From assembly GCA_000004985.1 (NCBI GenBank), contig GG738902.1: a stretch of 64,000 nt of DNA, one strand, 5' to 3'. Shown here in pieces: positions 20,641-33,706 of this stretch. Position 1 is the stretch's first letter. Each line of letters starts with the position of its first letter. The notes below the pieces were generated by a model. That model saw only the letters and a list, made by a program, of their open reading frames with translations, ran no database searches and had not been told where the DNA came from. Source of the DNA: Naegleria gruberi. Its lineage: Eukaryota. A program made the translations under genes and the position numbers.

Positions 20641-20961
20641 ATGGAAAATTTACATGAAGATGTTTGCTATGGTCCACCAGAGTATTTTGATGATGATATT
20701 ATTCAAAAGGAAGTTCAAGAGGAAATAATGGACTCCTCCACAGAAATTACAATTAGTAATGATAAGAAATTATTCTTGATTACAACAAGAATTGAATGGT
20801 TGATGGCAATGGAACGTAAAGATGACCAACAGATATCTTATTATGAGGAAAAATTCAATGAAGTTGCCAATATTTGGTTTAGTCTTCCGATTGTAGATGA
20901 AGTAAAGAATGAAACAAGTATTGAAAAATTGGAACAACTCAAACAATCCATAGTGAAATAA
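20641..20961 (+). CDS. Small acidic hypothetical protein (106 aa)
   Basis: An ATG-initiated ORF directly downstream of the ABC gene. No family recognised. It could be spurious. Confidence 0.25.
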   Translation: MENLHEDVCYGPPEYFDDDIIQKEVQEEIMDSSTEITISNDKKLFLITTRIEWLMAMERKDDQQISYYEEKFNEVANIWFSLPIVDEVKNETSIEKLEQLKQSIVK

Positions 20962-21444
20962 ACATGTTTGAAACTGTTTCCATTTTCAATCACACAACTA
21001 GTTCACATTAATATTGTCTCTAATATTCTCCATTTTTACTTGAGAATAGTTCATCACCATCTCTCTCTCAATTTATTTACACAATTTCTTTTCAACTGCT
21101 TTTAATTAGAGTAGAAACTTCCACAGTTGTTAGGCAATCAAAGCCTAAAAGTACATTCTTTTCCATCATCGCAATGTTTGATTTTAACAAGTATCACCTC
21201 ATAACTCTATCAAATTTTTCATAGGATGGAAAGTGGCAACGTCAAACACTTGTCAATCACTCAAACCTTTGGTAACGTTCTGGACCGAACAAAAAAATAG
21301 AAAACAAATAAAACAGAGGCTCATCAACCGCTCTAATCCTCTGCTGCTCTAATCAATAACAACTGTGTCATCATATATTAAATATATTATTATTATACAA
21401 TATACTATTATTATTAAAGAACAACAATTAACTAGATTAAAAAA

Positions 21445-22054
21445 ATGCAGAACAATACATCAATGATGAAACAAAGACTCAATGAAGAGAAGGATAAGGA
21501 CCCAGAGGTTAGTAGAGTTTTTACATTTCAAAATTTACCTATCAATATATTATTAATAATATACTAATATAATAATATTTATTATTATTTACAATAACAA
21601 TAACAAATACTACTATTTACAATCATGATTGTATTCCTTCCATTGATTGTAATCTTGAACAATAATCGTGTAATCTCGTCTAATGTTTACTACAACATAC
21701 AATATTTCGGCTTGTTTCTAATAGTTTCTTAAAAGAACAATCTGTGTTCTGGAACTTCCTTTCGTTGTAGATGAACAACAAGTAGGAAACTTTTTCAAAA
21801 AATGTGATGGTGGTGTGAAACGTTTGGAAATTATTAGGTCTGGTGCTCTCGTATTTAGTGCAGCCTTTGTAGAATTCAACAAGCAAAAAGGAAAAAAGAA
21901 GGCAATTGAACTTTCGGAAAAAGTTGGACAAGAATATGATGTAATAATATTGAGTTCTGAGGATTTTCTTGAAGATAAAATCCCAACGAGAAAGGAAGCT
22001 AGCAAATCAGCTGGTTCAAAGAACACAACTGGTGGTCCTTGCAAAAATCAATAA
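21445..22054 (+). CDS. Hypothetical small basic protein, two-exon model
   Basis: Exon 1 is 21445..21507 (MQNNTSMMKQRLNEEKDKDPE), followed by a GTTAGT donor and a roughly 217-nt AT-rich intron with acceptor ..TTCTAATAG. Exon 2 is 21725..22054, in frame with FLKRTICVLELPFVVDEQQVGNFFKKCDGGVKRLEIIRSG... The intron is atypically long for this window. Confidence 0.25.
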
Positions 22055-22581
22055 TCCTCATGAAGAACAATCATCAACTTGGTATTTTACAACATCAATA
22101 TGTTGATATAACACATTATATATAACTACAAGTGATGCTCTGCTATCTATACATCATTCATTCAATTTTGGTCTATGTATTACTTCTCACCTAAATTTAT
22201 ATGAATATCACTTGACAGTTTTTCAAAATCCAACTTTTCACACAAAAACAACACAACACACTAAGAATTTTCTCCCTTGATTCAATCAACAACTCCACAA
22301 TCGATAGATTGCCTTAAATTGAACACACTTTTGTACTTGTATATAAATTGGCTCTAAAATTTTATAAATTTCATTTCTTTTCAATGGAATTCCACATGAA
22401 ATGATACACAGCTTTGTGATAAATCAAAACAACGAGGACTTTTTAATGGGAGAAACAGAGAGTGAAACAACATGTTGAGCACGTTTACAATTCCGCATAA
22501 CAAGATCGGATTTGGCGCAACAATTAAACAAGCTCGTTAAATGCGGTTTTTGATAAGGATCAACAACACAAAAACAAAAAA

Positions 22582-23688
22582 ATGAAACTACTACTTGTAC
22601 TGTTTTCACTAATTGCAATTGCACTTGCTTTTGGTACACATGTTTATTTGCAATCAAAAGAATTTGATGGTGTTGAAATTTCAACCATCGGTGCAAGTTT
22701 GGTCATTAAAACAATGATTAAAACAGTTGGAGCGAGAGTGAAATTGGTTGAATCTTTAATGCCAAAATTAAATCAAACTAGTGATTCGTTAAGAATTGAG
22801 ACAATTCCAATAACATTTGATACATCAAGCTCTGAAGTATATTTGAAAGAAGTTGGAGAGCCAGTTGCAAAATATGCATTGAGAGTTTATCAACCAAAGC
22901 AGAATAGAGATGGAGGCTATCCTATTGTAATGTATATTCATGGTGGTGGTTGGATGTTTGGAAATATTGATATAAGTAATAGATTATGTGAAGGTTTGGC
23001 TAATAAGGGATTCATTGTTGTGAGTATTGATTACAGAAGAACTCCTGAACACATTTTCCCATCATGTTTGAACGATAATTTGAATGCTTTGAGTTGGATT
23101 GGAAGGAATTATGAAAAATATAATGGTAACATTAACCAATTGATAATTTCAGGAGATTCTGCTGGAGGTCATTTAGCAATTACAACTCAAATTAGATTAT
23201 TCTCAATCCAAAAGAAATTATTGGAAAGAGAATCTATTCCTTCAGTTACTCATCAAGCACTCCTCTATCCTGTTGCTGATTTTTACAGATATGGCGATGA
23301 AAAATATGAATCCTATATGAAATATAGAGATAATGGTCTAATCATTGATGGAGCTGTTATGGACATGTTTTGGAGAAATTTCATTGGTAATAATACTGAA
23401 GAGCAAGTGAAATCCAATCCGCTCATATCTCCTGTTAGTGGTCTCATATTATCTGACAAGGTACTTTATTCTCAATTTCCAAAAGGATTCATATGGCTTG
23501 CTGAATATGATGTTTTGAAAGATGAAGGAAAAAGTTTTGCAAACGCTGTCAACAATGCATCTCCAAACAAGTTGAAAGTCAAGGAATGGAAGAGTTGTGT
23601 TCATGGTTTTATTGATCTGAAACGAAATTATGATGAAATGGCAGATGCTATCTATGAAGTACTGGGAAAAATTAATAAACAGAGTTAA
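22582..23688 (+). CDS. Alpha/beta-hydrolase fold-3 carboxylesterase/lipase (HSL/arylacetamide deacetylase-like), secreted
   Basis: 368-aa ORF with an N-terminal signal peptide, an HGGGW oxyanion motif, a GDSAGG nucleophile elbow and a downstream D...H. Confidence 0.8.
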   Translation: MKLLLVLFSLIAIALAFGTHVYLQSKEFDGVEISTIGASLVIKTMIKTVGARVKLVESLMPKLNQTSDSLRIETIPITFDTSSSEVYLKEVGEPVAKYALRVYQPKQNRDGGYPIVMYIHGGGWMFGNIDISNRLCEGLANKGFIVVSIDYRRTPEHIFPSCLNDNLNALSWIGRNYEKYNGNINQLIISGDSAGGHLAITTQIRLFSIQKKLLERESIPSVTHQALLYPVADFYRYGDEKYESYMKYRDNGLIIDGAVMDMFWRNFIGNNTEEQVKSNPLISPVSGLILSDKVLYSQFPKGFIWLAEYDVLKDEGKSFANAVNNASPNKLKVKEWKSCVHGFIDLKRNYDEMADAIYEVLGKINKQS

Positions 23689-23950
23689 AAATTGAAGCCA
23701 AAAAAAGGAGGGAAAAAATGGAATCGCGCCAAAATTTTGTTTCAAATTTTAAAAAAAAAATTCACCACTAGCTAGACGAAGACCTCTCTTTCAACTTGCA
23801 ACCTATCCCGTCATCACATCAAAATTTAAACAAGTGGTGATCTTTAGTTTTGTACAACAACAACGAGAGGAAATTTTCAACATACGATCCAACAACGATC
23901 ATCTAAATTATTATTTTAACAAATTGTCATAAATCTAGGCTTGATCTAAA

Positions 23951-26900
23951 ATGCCACCAAGAACAAGTAAAAAAAAGGCATCTTCATCAAAAGAAGCACC
24001 ACAAACACCAAAGAGAAAGTCAAGAAATGATGAAGAGGCTACTTTCACACCAATGGGTACACCAAGTCAATCACTCTCACAATCATTATTTAGTTTATCA
24101 ACAAGTCAAGCTCAATTGTCTCAATATCTTGATGAAGGAGAAGAAGTTTCTGATGTTTTATCTGGAGCTTATATTTCGGAAGGTATGACCGAAGGAGATT
24201 TATCTGAAAGAATGAAGGTTAGTATAGTTTAATTATGTGACTAATTAACACGTAATAGAAAATATCTGATATCTTGAAAGGAATGGGACAGTTAGCAACA
24301 CCTGATGATGCTCCTTGGGATGAGCTTTTCATATCTAACATAATTGAAAAGAAAATCATTTCAAATAAGACTGAAGAAGTTAGAGTTTATGCAGCTTGTT
24401 CAATTGTTGATATTTTGAGAGTTACTGCTCCTGATTGTCCATTTGAAGATGAAGAATTACCAAGAGTATTTAAATTTATTATCGAACAAATTGAAGCTCT
24501 CAGTAGAGGTGGTGTACTCTTTTCTAAGAGATTCTATTTATTGGAAAGACTTTCAACAGTTAAAATATTTATTATGCTTGTAAACATTGATGAAGGAGAA
24601 GGTTTAATTATTCCACTCTTTCAATCATTGTTTAGAATTGTAACTGATAGTGAATCTACCCAACCACAAAAAGTCATATCATACATTTGTGATATTATGA
24701 TAACTCTTATTGAATCAATTGAAACTGTTGATTCTAAGCTTATTGAAGTTCTTATTCAACCTTTATTGGAAAATAGATCTAAAATTCCATCAGAAGATGA
24801 TGAAGATGAAGACAAGGATGAAGATGATGATGAAGATTCACATTTCTCAGCCAAATACATTTCCAAGAATGTTTTAGATAAGACTCAAGAACATTTATCA
24901 AATCAACTCAACGACTACCTCAATGACATTCTTAAAGAGCTTGATGTAACAAAAGACAAAACAAAATCTACATACAAGAAGAAACGTGCTAGAGTATTCA
25001 GCTTGATTTATGAAATCAACTTGATTTCTTCAAGACTTTTATTGACTGTTATTCCAAACCTTTGTATTCAATTGAAGGATGAGGAAGTTCAAGTTAGATC
25101 AGCTGTAATTCAATTATTGGGAAATATGTTCAAAGCAAAGGAATCAGAACTATTTAAGGAATATCCAAACATCTTTGAAACAGATTTCCTTTCTAGATTT
25201 ACTGATAAGGATAACCGTGTTAGAATTTATATGAGTAAATTTGCGAGTGGAATGATTAAAAATCACCCATCCAGTAACAAGGTACTAAATGAAAGACTGG
25301 AGGAAAGAATTATGGACCCTGATGAAAAAGTAAGAAGAAATGTTGTTGAAACTATTATCAATATTGCCATGGAGAGTCCTGCTCTTGTATCTGATAGTTT
25401 AATGCAAAAACTTAAGGAAAGAACAAGAGACAAAAAGGCTGTTCTTAGACTTCATGCTTTGGAGTTATGTGCCAAGCTCTATAACCACCATGCTACTGAA
25501 GCATTAAAAATTGGAGATAGTTGGGAAAATACTACAAGTGAAAAGCTTGCATGGATTCCAAATACTATTATCAAGTTGTATGCTGAACAACATGAACAGG
25601 TTGTTTCGAATAGATTAATGGTAGAAAAACTTATTGACCAAGAATTATTGGCACAAGACTCTTCAAGAACCAAGACCCTCTTGGATTTGTACACAAAACT
25701 TGATCAATCATCAAAGCATGTCTTATCAGCAATAATTTCACAAAAGAAGTCTTTACAACACTTTGTCAACACTCTTATTCATTTGGAAGAAGATGATGAT
25801 TCAAGATTACCACTTATTTTGAATAACCTTTCCTCTTCTCTTCCTGATGAATCAGTTGGTAAAAGAGTTTGGAAAGATGTCTTTAATCGTAGAAACAAAC
25901 AAAACGATAATGCTATCACAACCTTAAAGTCTTGCTTGAATACCAATATCACTTTTGATGCTGTAACTAAACTTAAGAAGAAAGGTGAAGAGAAGATTCT
26001 TGGAGAAAAGAAGGAAGAAAAGGACTACATGAAGACTGTAATCCAAAAACTTGCCATGACCATTTTTACAAAGGAACAAGCTAAGGAATTAGTTAAACTT
26101 GCTCACTCATTCTCTGATACTAAACAAATTGAAATGACAAAATCATCAATTCGTCTCTTCAATATAATAGTACAAGCTTACCCAGCAATGGGAAAGGATT
26201 CCATTCCTTCATTGATTGAATTATTCGAGAAGGAGCAAGATTATGATCTTAATATTCTAGTCCTTAAGGCATTATCTCAATGCGTTGTAGAGTTGGAAAA
26301 AACCAACTTCTCTCTTGCTAATGAACTTGAGACAAAAGTTGTCGATTTCTGTACTATGGGCAAACCAAAGGAAGTTAAGAGAGCTGCAGAAGTAATTACC
26401 AAGGCTTTCACACATCCAAAGTCTATCTTTTCACAAATTATCAAAGAGGCCAAGTCTAAGATGAACTATGGTGAAGAACTTTTAACATCTATTAGTGCTT
26501 TCAGACAAGTTGCAATTCATGATATTGAATTATTCAGACGTGATGAAGAAGAAATTGTCGAATTTATTTTGAATGAAGTTATTTTGGTTGATAGAGAAGA
26601 AATGAGCTCCTCTTGGGAAACTTTATCTGTAGATACACAAACCAAGGTTCAAGGATTCAAGTTTTTGGTTGACTATTGCATTGCTTGTACTAAGGAAGGC
26701 ATTACTGAAGAGTCAGAAGCAACTAGTTCAAAACTTGTAAACATTCTCTTCAGTATTCTCAAGAATAAGGGTTCTATTTCTCGTGTCATCCAAGAAATCA
26801 ATGATGAAATGGAAACCAGTGAAGAACAAGAAGAAGATGATAAGAAGGAGAGTAAGAAGAGAGAAATTGATAGGGCAGCTCTTAGACTGATAGCTGCCAA

Positions 26901-28025
26901 CTCTATTATTAAGCTTACTACTTCTGATTTCAAGTTGAATGTTTCAATGGAAAGATTCCTACAATTGGCTTTTGTATTTCTTGATACTTCAGTGGAAGTT
27001 AAACGCAAGTTTGTTGAAAAATTGTTCTCCGAATTAATGAGTACCAGACTTTCAACTAGATTTACTGCTCTTTTAATTCTCTTTGTTGGTGATAAGAATG
27101 CTGAACTTGCTGTAAGAGCTAAATCCCATTTTTCAAAGGTTGTAACCTTTTTTAGAGCTCTCATTTCTAAAACAAAAGGAATCACACTCACATCACCTAA
27201 AGCTAATGACTTATTCCCAGAATATATTTTGCCATACCTTGTATTCTTACTTTCCCATCATCCTCAATTCAAAGACGAAGCACCCCAATTCATGACATTC
27301 CAAAAGTAAGTTACTACAATTAATTTGATATTAATTTTTTAATTAGGATTTTATATGCTTATTTCGATGAAGTTACTCACGATACTGATAATTTATCATT
27401 CTTCCACCACCTCATTACTAAATTGAAACAAAGAAAGGATTCTCTCGCTTTGGAGTCAACCAATCACCTCATAATTTGTGATATGTCAGTCTCAATTGTA
27501 AATAGATGCGCTGAAAGCTCTGGATCATCAACTTCATCTGTTCCATTCCCTGGTAAAGTATTCATCCCTCCATACTTTGTTGTTGATAAGGAAAATGAAT
27601 CAAACTTGGAGACTATCAAGACTTTATTCTTACCAGATGGTTTTAAATTGAACGAAAAGCTTGCCAGACAAGTTCAACCAGTTGAAAAGAAGAAAAAACC
27701 CACAAAAGTAGACGAAAAGAAGGACAAGAAGAGAAAACGTACCACAACAAAGAAGACAACAAAGAAGAAGAAGGAAGAAAAAGAATCTACAAAGAGATCT
27801 TTGCCAAGTAGATCTGCAAAGACAAATAGAAAGAAAATTGAAAGCGAAGACGAAAGTGAGGAAGAAGAGGAGGAAGAGGAAGAAGAACAAAGCGAAGGAG
27901 AAGAACAAAGTGAACAAAGTGAAGAAGAGGAGGAGGAAGAAGAAGAAAAGATACCTCCTAGAACCTCAAAACAGAAGAAAGAACCAAAGGAAAGCGTAAG
28001 CTCTAAAAAGAAGAAATTCAAATAA
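23951..28025 (+). CDS. PDS5: Sister chromatid cohesion protein PDS5 homolog (HEAT-repeat; three exons)
   Basis: Exons are 23951..24217, 24259..27305 and 27347..28025, with two 41-nt introns (GTTAGT...AATAG and GTAAGT...AATTAG). The N-terminal HEAT region (VRVYAACSIVDILRVTAPDCPFEDEELPRVFKFIIEQIEAL...FYLLERL) aligns with the PDS5 N-terminus. The tail is long and lysine- and glutamate-rich. Confidence 0.8.
27841..27955 (+). repeat. Coding GAR/GAA microsatellite (poly-Glu tract) in the PDS5 tail
   Basis: A run of GAA/GAG codons encodes EEEEEEEEEEQSEGEEQSEQSEEEEEEEEE. A similar acidic (GAA)n tract sits at the ISWI N-terminus (10438..10470). Confidence 0.7.
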
Positions 28026-28167
28026 ACTGTACATAAATTATTTATTGAAACTAACAAAATCAATGAAATTCAAGAATTTAGGATTTTAAGATTACTGTAA
28101 TACAATTTCCCTCCATTTTTTCCCTCCAAATCTTTTTACATTTTGCACCAAAATATTATTAAAAAAA

Positions 28168-29538
28168 ATGATTAGACAACAACCCCAACCGCAGTCGCCT
28201 CAAACAACTGTACCTACTGCATCAACAAGTAGACCATCTGCAGAAGAGCAGGAGCATTTCTATTCTTCAGACGATTTTGGGGATGAAGTTGACTTGAAGA
28301 AGGTTAAATTCTCGGAAAATACAAACCTTAAGGATTCAAAAACACCAGAAAAATTGTAAGTTTGCAAACATACAACAATGTTTTGACCATTTTCATAGAA
28401 TTGAAGAATCCGAGACCGATGACGAAAAGTATATACAACAATTGTCTGAAAAGATGAATGAACTCTGTGCAATGATGAGAACAGAAGTCATGGTATGTTT
28501 TGTACTCAAACATATTCCTTATTAAATATATCACCATTTTAATAGAATAACCTCTTTGATTTGAAGAAGAGAAATGTGCAAAGACTCACTGATTTCAATC
28601 AAAGAAGCAATGAAGACAGAGATGATCTGATTCTCCAACAACGTTTAAAAGAGGAAAAACTAAGAGACAGCATTGCCAAACGTGATTATTATTTAGCGAG
28701 ATTTAAAACTCTCACTTTCCGAATGGCTGATCAAATTTCACAAGCTAGAAAGGTGGAAAGAGAAAAGACCCTTGTGAGAAACATTTTAAGCAAATGGAAA
28801 GAACACTCTCAAGAAAAGAAACGAAAGAAAAACCTAGGAGAAATGTTACTTAAAACCTATAAGAGAAATCAAGCAAGAAAAATCCTTCAAGGATGGTATA
28901 TGTGGATTTTAAACTCTAAGCAAAACACAACAGAACGAATTTGGCAAAACAGACTTGAAAATGAAAAAGCCGAACTGAGAAATGATTATGAAATGAAAAT
29001 TGAGCATTTGAAGGAAGAAATTCTTAAACTGAATCAAGCTCTAGAAAGAGAACAAAATGATAAGCAAGTTCTTCAAGAAAACTTAAAGAAGGCACTCATG
29101 AGAGGCGTGTGCGCAATGAATAACAAATTTTTGGAAATTATCAAGGATACAAATACCAAACCAACTCAATCTTTCAATGTTCAACAAGAACTTGAAGATG
29201 CTTTGAACGAGGTACAAAGTGAATCCGAGTTTATTCAAAATATTGCAAATCAACAAACTCAAATTCCAAGACCTTACCCTAGTTATCCTGAACCAACATT
29301 CTACAGTGTCCCACAACCTCAACCATTACCAACTAGTTCACAACCAACACGATTTATAACAGCCCCAATGGAAGCTACACAGGTGAAAAACCCTCAACCA
29401 CAAGTAAGAGTAATCAGAGAAACTGTAAATTATCCACTTAAACAAACTTTGCAATCACCCTTGCATCCACCTAAGAAAGACAGAAATAGTCCTCCAAATA
29501 CTAAACAAAAACCAACCAATCCATCAAATAAACGATAA
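28168..29538 (+). CDS. Coiled-coil protein, possibly centrin-binding POC5-like (three exons)
   Basis: Exons are 28168..28355, 28399..28492 and 28546..29538, with introns of 43 nt (GTAAGT..CATAG) and 53 nt (GTATGT..TAATAG). The LKKALMRGVCAMNNKF motif resembles the conserved AFMRGVCALN motif of POC5, so this is a weak family call. Confidence 0.45.
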
Positions 29539-29856
29539 ACTAAGTTTGATATAATTTTACAATAATTTAATGAATAGTGAGTCCTGTATTCTTTTCTGTA
29601 AACTTCAGCCTGCGTACTCAATGAAGCGTTCAATAACAACCTCAAATAATTATCAAGCTAAGTCACTATTGGTTCGACTTGTCTAAATTGTGAGTTTGTC
29701 CATTTCTGAGCCAGTTAGCGCCACTCACTCTAGTTCGACTCTCTTACTGTATCAATGAATCAATCCACTAAGAAACACGAAAAAACTTTCCAATTCATTT
29801 CTTTCGCTCTCTTGTTCAATTAGAAGCAAAGCAATGAATGCTAAAAATAAAAAAAT

Positions 29857-31007
29857 ATGAATATACAAGCCATTGATGATGCATTAACAAGAGTCAAGTA
29901 TCCGTATGCTTCTCGGGTGCGAACTGATGTCTTTCATTTGATATCTAATATACCTCTCCAGGTTGGTGTTGCTAATTTCAATGGAAAGGATATTATGCAA
30001 TTAACAGGTGAGTAATTTGGGTCTTTGGATCGGATGATGATGAACAATTTAAATATTATTATTAATTAATTAATTGTTTTTGTTTTTATTATTATAATTT
30101 AGGAACTATACCAATGTATTACAAGGGAAGCAGATATAATATTCCAATGACTTTTTGGATTGTTGAAATGTATCCATATCATCCACCTGTTTGTTTTGTT
30201 TCTCCGACAGCAAATATGATGATTAAATCAAAGCATAAACACGTGGACGATAATGGTCAGTGCTATCTCCCATATACTGCAAATTGGAATCCATCATCAT
30301 CAGATCTTTATGAATTAGTTAATCAATTGAGTGCAATCTTCGGAACTGATCCACCAGTTTTTCAAAAAAGCGCAACCACAACAACTACAAACACCAATGT
30401 TTCTAATCACTCCATTCCATCAGGTACCTATCCACCACCTTTCCAACCTCCAACAGGTTCAATGTATGGAAGTACCTATCCAGGAACTTATCCATCATAT
30501 GGAATGAATTCATCAATGTATAATCAAAGAAAACCAACTGAAGAAGAATTGAAAATTCAATTGGTTAACAAAGTAAGACAACATCTCCAAAATGTAACAC
30601 TAAAAGAATATGGATCTAAAATAGAAGCTGAATTCAAGACACAAAATCAATTAACTGCAAGAGAAAAACAATTGGAAGTTGTGGAACAAAGAATGAAAAC
30701 TGAACTTGACCAAATTGAAAAAGAGAGAGAAACATTAACACAAAAAATTTCATCATTAGAAACATGGATTCAAAACAATGAAAATAAGCCAATCGATGTT
30801 GATGTAATTATTAATCCACAAGATATCCAAAGCAAACAAATTCTTGATTTGACAAGTGAGGAAATGGCTATTGATGATGTAATTTATTTCTTAGAAAAGA
30901 AGCTTCACTCAAAGCAAATTACTTTGGATGACTGGTTAGATCAAGTAAGAGAATTGAGTAGACAACAATTTTTAAAGAAGGCACTTGTAAAGAAGATTTC
31001 TAATTAA
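29857..31007 (+). CDS. TSG101: ESCRT-I subunit TSG101/Vps23 (UEV domain, Pro-rich linker, coiled coil, steadiness box)
   Basis: Exons are 29857..30007 and 30103..31007, with a 95-nt intron (GTGAGT...TTTAG). The UEV region is ...[60 protein letters not shown]. This is followed by a YPPP/YPS-rich linker and a C-terminal coiled coil. Confidence 0.85.
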
Positions 31008-31044
31008 ATTTGTAATCATAATCATGCCAGTTTATTCCTTCTTA

Positions 31045-33446
31045 TTAACATCTTTCAAAAACTTTGAACAGCTCAGGAAGATTGGCAACTTCAACAATTG
31101 AGCCATCATTTACAACAGATTCTGGAGGTTTAAACAAGAGTTTGATCGAAGGAAACACTAAATGTTCAGTAATCCATCTCATTCTCTGCTTTGAATATAA
31201 GGTAGAATTGGCATTAGCCTCTTGACTGCTCTTTTGACTATCATTCTCAGATTCGTCCTCCAGTTCAAAATCTTCACATAAATTATAGAATGAGCTTATC
31301 ACTGTTGACACATCACTAAAACATCCAATTTCAGAATCCCAATTTACCTTAAATGCTAGTGCATATAAAAAATCCGGAACTCTGTGCATTGGTGGAATAT
31401 AATTCTCCAGCACATGAGGAAGTGAAACCAATTTAAGATCCTCTGTAATACACACAGAGAAGTATTCCTGTAATATTTCTTTTTTCTCATTAAGAACAGA
31501 CAATGCTTCTCTAATAACTTCGTCATTATCAGATACACCTTGTAAAATTGTTTTAACATCTAGAGAATTCTTCAAATTAATCTTTTTAAATCTACCAAAT
31601 TTGGCAAGAACTCTCTGATATAAGTGTATTTGAGTAATTGCATTCATATCTATTAAAATTAACCGATCATTAAATTGTACAAGTGAATATTTAGCATTGA
31701 TATATCCAACATAACTACTAGATCTCAATAGCTTTTCAAGTTCTGCATGATTTTTGGCATTGATAGAATTTCTAAGTGATTTCAAACTTTCCAAATCATC
31801 AACATTTTCCTCATGCTCAGCTTCAGGTGATTTGGATTGTGAATTTTCCTTTCGTCTAAAAATATTAGAATTTACTCTGGCTATGAATGTACATTACTTA
31901 CTTTTTTGTTACAGGTTGTGCAGACACTGAAATTTCAGCATCCTCGTCCTCTTCCTCTTCTTCTGTAAAGTTTCTTTTAAGGGAGGGGAAATATTGATGG
32001 ATTTGTCCAGTTTGATCTGATGCGCTGGTTCTTACTTTGTTCTTTGGTAGCTCCTTTTGAGTTGCAAGTTTTGGTGATGTGAGAGAAGGAGTTGGAATGA
32101 TAGCATCATCTTCGTCATCATTTATCAAATTAGGTGGCAATATAGGTGTAAAACTTTTAGAAGGGGTTGCTTTTTGAGAAACTTCAAATGTTCTGGACGA
32201 ATTGGAGCCCAATAATTTTTTCCTCAAAACATCCTTTACCTCTTCAATAATTCTATCTTCATCCAATACTGCCACTTCTTTCTTTGTTGGATGCATATTT
32301 ACATCTATTTTTTTAGGATTTACATTAATACTTAAAAATACGAAAGGATGTGTTGACTTTGGTAAATAAGGTTCGAATACACTCATTACGCCTTTTTGTA
32401 ATTTACTATGAGATACTAGTCTTTCTGTTAAAGATAAGTTTAAATAATGAGAGAATAAATATACGTACTGTTAATAAATAAAGTAAATGCTTTTTCCTTT
32501 GAGCTATAATTTACATTTGTAAAGTACATTTTTCCAGTCAACTCAATTTTTTCATTGTTAATATCTGCTTCAATAATTTCCTTCTCAATTTTTGGTCCAA
32601 ATAGTGCTTTGATATTTTGTCTGACATTATTTTTGGTTAGTGTATGTACAATTGGTTTGGTTTCCCCTTGCTTAACAAAAGTTATTAACATTCTAAGAAT
32701 CTATACCAACCTTTTTCAATGTAATACTGACACCAGTATTGAATAGTGCATAGGCTGTAACTATTTTTTGAATAGCTTTAGGTTCTGTATTCAAGTTGAC
32801 AGATTCCCTTCGAGTTTTGTTATCAAAGAATAAATTTTCGGCTCGAATGATGGTACCTCTAGCTCCAGATCTTTTTTTCATTGGTCCTGTGAGTTTTCCA
32901 TCTCTATAGGTTGCACTATTTCACAAACGTCAATAAATTTCATAAAAGGAAACCTACAATAGAGCAGTCGATTGTTGTTCCGTTTTTGATGTTATTGTCA
33001 CGTGAGCACAAGTACTAACACTTGACAAGGCCTCTCCTCTAAATCCGAATGTTGCAATACTTCTCAAATCCTCAAACGAAGATAATTTACTTGTGGTGTG
33101 ACGTTCACAAACAATTTCCAAATCTTTGGCCTTTAATAAATATAATTAATTAAATAATTTAATTTAAATATTCAAATATTCTCAATCAAAGACTACATAC
33201 TCCAATTCCACATCCATTATCAGTTATTTGAAAATATTTTAATCCTGCATCTCCAAACTCTATCGTAATAGAATCCGCTCCAGCATCAAGAGAATTTTCC
33301 AATAATTCTTTAATTGCATTAGAAGGTGCAGCAATAACTTCCCCTGCAGCAATCTTGTTAATCACTTCTTCCGAGAGAGGTTTGATCTTCCCATCAACTG
33401 GTGGCTGAGAAATGCCAACACTGCTTACTGTTTGTTGTGATGACAT
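31045..33446 (-). CDS. MLH1: DNA mismatch repair protein MLH1 (six exons)
   Basis: Exons (minus strand) are 33446..33201, 33130..32958, 32915..32711, 32670..32469, 32424..31902 and 31855..31045. Introns are 70, 42, 40, 44 and 46 nt, with GTATGT, GTAGGT, GTTGGT, GTACGT and GTAAGT donors. The N-terminal GHKL ATPase region ([37 protein letters not shown]...ITDNGCGI) is present. An internal ...[27 protein letters not shown]...HPTKKEV segment and the conserved C-terminal ...LFKVFERC are also present. Confidence 0.85.
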
Positions 33447-33706
33447 TTTTTTTTCCAGTTAAAAAAGGATTATTTTTTTACTCAACCCGCCAACTCCTGT
33501 GGAATTAATACTTTACTGTTAATATAAAGTTCTATTCACACTAGCAGTATTTCTCACTACTTCTGTATTTTACAGCAAAAGCTTTTTGAGCTTCCCCCCA
33601 GTTTTGGTTTTAACAATCAATCAAAGATTGATCCACTTCTTTCGACATTGCAATACTAAGCTGATCAAAGGAAGCTATTTACTGTAAGATTATTGTTTTG
33701 GGTTTA

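Noticed and set aside
21718-22044. 108-aa minus-strand ORF
   Set aside because: It is antisense to the (itself low-confidence) plus-strand two-exon model, and it has no domain or initiation context.
27630-28063. 95- and 129-aa minus-strand ORFs rich in F/S/L
   Set aside because: They are the antisense frame of the GAA/GAG-rich acidic tail of PDS5.
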